Assembly (NCBI GenBank): GCA_043821645.1
Contig: JBDRCO010000061.1
Coordinates: 1-18,189, forward strand
From: Pseudomonadota bacterium
GTDB taxonomy: Bacteria > Myxococcota > JACRCW01 > JAFGSX01
Direction of reading: 5' to 3'
Length of the DNA stretch: 18,189 bases
This document shows positions 16,020 to 18,189 of this stretch, piece after piece (position 1 is the stretch's first letter; every line of letters begins with the position of its first letter). The translations under genes were made by a program, and so were the position numbers. The notes under the pieces are model-generated. The model ran no database searches, was not told where the DNA came from, and worked only from the letters and a program-made list of their open reading frames with translations.

Positions 16020-16599
16020 GACCCACGCATTCTACACGCCGCGTTTGTCTCCGTGTCGAACCCTCGCTCGACGGGCCTGGTGGCTGGGCTTGGGGCTGTC
16101 CGGAGTCCTGCTCGCGGCCTGCCCCAGCAAGGAAGAAGTCCTGCAAAAGGCCGAGGAGAGCGGCAAGTTCCTGGCCGAGAAGCAAGCGCAGATGGTCAAG
16201 GGCGTGGGCGAGGGACTCAAGGGCAAGGGCAAGGAGGGCGCCGAGAGTCTGAGCGAAGGTGTGGGCGAGGTCCTCAAGGGCACGGCCCAGGGCCTGGACA
16301 AGAGCTTGGGTGAGGTCAAGGTGACCACCGCCGACGCGGTGGCCGCGCGTGGCCTCAAGGTCGAACGCGGCCAGCGCCGCGCGGTGGGCGGCAAGGACGG
16401 CATCTCGCTGTACCTGATCAGCGACCAGGCCTTTGACGGCAAGCTCATGCTGCGCGTCGTCGACGCTGCGGGCAAGGAGGTGGGCCGTTCGACGGTGGAG
16501 CTGAAGCGCGCCGCCGGCGACGCCGGCTACGTCGACTTCGTCTTCGACGAGCGCACGCCGCTGTTGACCCTGGATCACGTGGACCTCGGCGTGCTCTGA
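16018..16599 (+). CDS. Hypothetical lipoprotein (193 aa)
   Basis: Signal RRAWWLGLGLSGVLLAA|C with an LAAC lipobox. A Lys/Gly/Glu-rich amphipathic segment is followed by a beta-rich domain (ISLYLI...GKLMLRVVDAAGKEVGRS...YVDFVFDERTP). AAGGA 10 nt upstream of the ATG. Strong GC3 bias. Confidence 0.85.
   Translation: MTHAFYTPRLSPCRTLARRAWWLGLGLSGVLLAACPSKEEVLQKAEESGKFLAEKQAQMVKGVGEGLKGKGKEGAESLSEGVGEVLKGTAQGLDKSLGEVKVTTADAVAARGLKVERGQRRAVGGKDGISLYLISDQAFDGKLMLRVVDAAGKEVGRSTVELKRAAGDAGYVDFVFDERTPLLTLDHVDLGVL
16029..16059 (-). promoter_or_regulatory. Candidate sigma70-like promoter for the minus-strand GT-C gene (near-leaderless)
   Basis: The minus strand reads TCGACA (16059-16054), N19, TAGAAT (16034-16029), 9 nt, ATG (16019). 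The gene has no SD, and the 19-nt spacer is at the long end of the usual range. Confidence 0.35.
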
Positions 16600-16606
16600 G
16601 ATCGCA

Positions 16607-16629
16607 CCGCCGGAGGATGCGCCCGGCGG
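16607..16629. other. GC-rich hairpin between the lipoprotein and SRAP genes
   Basis: CCGCCGG-N9-CCGGCGG immediately after the lipoprotein stop. No U-tract. Confidence 0.3.
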
Positions 16630-16665
16630 CGCGGCTCGATACATGGAGGTCACGGAGGCCAGCTC

Positions 16666-17349
16666 ATGTGCGGTCGCTTCATCCTCACCGAGTCGCCCGA
16701 TGTGCTGGCGGATCTGGTCGGGCTCGACGCCAGCTGGGCCGACGGCGTGGGTGGTTTCAAGCCGAACTACAACGTGGCCCCCACGCACCAGGTCATTGCC
16801 TTTCGTCAGCGCCCCGAGGGGACGGGCCGCGAGGCCGTGCGCTTGCGCTGGGGGCTCATCCCTTTTTGGTCCAAGGACGAGAAGATCGCCTACAAGCTGA
16901 TCAACGCCCGCTCCGAGACCGCCCCGGACAAGCCGAGTTTCCGGGCGGCGTTCAAGCGCCGCCGCTGTCTGGTTCCCGCCGACGGCTTCTACGAATGGAA
17001 GAAGAGCGGTAAGGCCAAGCAGCCCTTCTGCATCCGGCTGCGCGACGACCGGCCCTTTGCCATCGCCGGGCTGTGGGAGCACTGGCAGGGCCCCGACGGG
17101 CAGGTGGTCGAGAGCTGCACCCTCCTCACCACCGAACCCAATGCCATGATGGCCAAGATCCATGACCGCATGCCCGTGATCCTCGATCCTGCGGACTTCG
17201 ACCTGTGGCTGGATCCTGGCGTCGACAAGGCGGACCCTCTGCGACCTCTGCTGGCTCCCTTCGACGACAAACAGATGCGCGCCTATGAGGTGTCCTCGAG
17301 GGTCGGCAGCCCGGCCGCAAACGACCCGTCGTGCATCGCTCCGGTCTGA
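16666..17349 (+). CDS. yedK: SOS response-associated peptidase (SRAP; YedK/HMCES family abasic-site DNA-protein crosslinking protein) (227 aa)
   Basis: Diagnostic N-terminal MCGRF (catalytic Cys2), plus NYNVAPT, RWGLIPFW, LINARSET, RRCLVPADGFYEW, AGLWE and IHDRMPVIL. SD GGAGG. Confidence 0.96.
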   Translation: MCGRFILTESPDVLADLVGLDASWADGVGGFKPNYNVAPTHQVIAFRQRPEGTGREAVRLRWGLIPFWSKDEKIAYKLINARSETAPDKPSFRAAFKRRRCLVPADGFYEWKKSGKAKQPFCIRLRDDRPFAIAGLWEHWQGPDGQVVESCTLLTTEPNAMMAKIHDRMPVILDPADFDLWLDPGVDKADPLRPLLAPFDDKQMRAYEVSSRVGSPAANDPSCIAPV

Positions 17350-17415
17350 GCCAGTTGACCCTTGTGCCTGGCAGCCGCTGAGCCACAATCGGCCGGGCAA
17401 ACGCACGAGAGGCCC

Positions 17416-18189
17416 ATGCGCGCAGCTCTAGTCACCCGCTTTGGCTTGCAGCACCCGGTCCCCGTCGTGGATCGCGACGCGGCGGAGCCTGGCCCGCGCC
17501 AGTGCCTGGTGCGCGTTGACGCCAGCAGCGTCAATCCCATCGACTGGAAGACGCGTTCAGGTCACTACAGACCCTTCCTGTGGCCTCGGCTGCCCTACAT
17601 CCCGGGCTACGACCTGAGTGGCCAGGTCGTCGAGTGCGGGCCGGAGGTCACGGGCTTCAAGGCCTGGGACTGGGTCATGGCCATGAGCGATCGCCGGGCC
17701 GGACAGTGCTGTGCCGAGCGCATCGTGGTTGGTATCGATGCGCTGGCCCTCAAGCCCGCCACCCTGTCCGTCGATGAGGCGGCCGCGTTGCCACTCGCGG
17801 GTCTGACCGCCCTGCAGGGTCTGCGCGACCTTGGCAAGTTGCAGCCCGGGCATCGCGTGCTGGTGGTTGGCGCGTCCGGTGGCGTCGGGCATCTGGCCGT
17901 GCAGGTCGCGCGCATTCTCGGCGGCAAGGTCACGGCCGTGTGCTCGACCCGCAACGTCGAGTGGGTGCGGGCCCTGGGTGCCAGCCAGGTCGTCGACTAC
18001 ACACGCAACGAGCTGCGTCCCAATGGCGCGCCCTACGACCTCATCTTCGACACCGTGATCAAGCGGCCGGCCAGCGCCCTGGTCCCCTTGCTGGCGACCC
18101 AGGGCATTCTTGTTGCGGCGGCGCCCTCCGCCTCGCTGATCGGTGCGGCGGTCCGGTTGCGCGTGGGCACGGCCCAGCGCGTTCGTTTC
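17416..18189 (+). CDS. MDR-superfamily NAD(P)-dependent oxidoreductase (zinc-independent quinone/enoyl reductase-like), partial at the right edge
   Basis: Absent from the ORF track because it has no stop in the window. Manual translation: MRAALVTRFG...VRVDASSVNPIDWK...IPGYDLSGQV...EAAALPLAGLTALQGL...VLVVGASGGVGHLAVQVARILG...LGASQVVDY...YDLIFDTV. GAGAGG precedes the ATG. Confidence 0.92.
   Translation, partial: MRAALVTRFGLQHPVPVVDRDAAEPGPRQCLVRVDASSVNPIDWKTRSGHYRPFLWPRLPYIPGYDLSGQVVECGPEVTGFKAWDWVMAMSDRRAGQCCAERIVVGIDALALKPATLSVDEAAALPLAGLTALQGLRDLGKLQPGHRVLVVGASGGVGHLAVQVARILGGKVTAVCSTRNVEWVRALGASQVVDYTRNELRPNGAPYDLIFDTVIKRPASALVPLLATQGILVAAAPSASLIGAAVRLRVGTAQRVRF

Noticed and set aside
16600-16665. 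LexA/SOS box or prophage context for the SRAP gene
   Set aside because: No recognisable LexA box upstream, and no imuABC, umuDC, integrase or phage genes in the window.
12378-17406. Long minus-strand ORFs 12378..13949 and 15301..17406
   Set aside because: They overlap better-supported genes (GT-C, lipoprotein, SRAP) in antisense or in another frame, as is typical of high-GC DNA.
1-18189. CRISPR array, IS element/transposase, rRNA
   Set aside because: No regularly spaced direct repeats, transposase motifs or rRNA-like sequence were seen on reading.

Overview
GC-rich bacterial window, probably Myxococcota/deltaproteobacterial (inferred from the HRDxSPxN-type Ser/Thr kinase and the secreted Cys-rich protein). 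From left to right: (1) a partial secreted Cys-rich protein gene on the minus strand, missed by the ORF track; (2) a 1188-aa kinase / Zn-ribbon / P-loop NTPase / helical-repeat protein; (3) a compact four-gene redox operon, hdrC-hdrB-[SdhB/FrdB-like Fe-S subunit]-[SdhA/FrdA-like flavoprotein], with no hdrA and no membrane anchor; (4) three GT-C-type polytopic membrane glycosyltransferase-like genes plus a membrane-anchored accessory protein; (5) a lipoprotein; (6) an SRAP/YedK abasic-site protein; (7) a partial MDR-family oxidoreductase. The most interesting element is the redox operon. Its motifs (no covalent-FAD His, intact fumarate active site, an all-Cys third Fe-S cluster, two complete CCG domains) suggest a soluble, split thiol:fumarate reductase-like complex in a bacterium, with an unknown thiol/disulfide partner. 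Several intergenic regions carry notable inverted repeats. No rRNA, tRNA, CRISPR array or mobile element is supported. All calls come from reading motifs by eye; no database searches were run.
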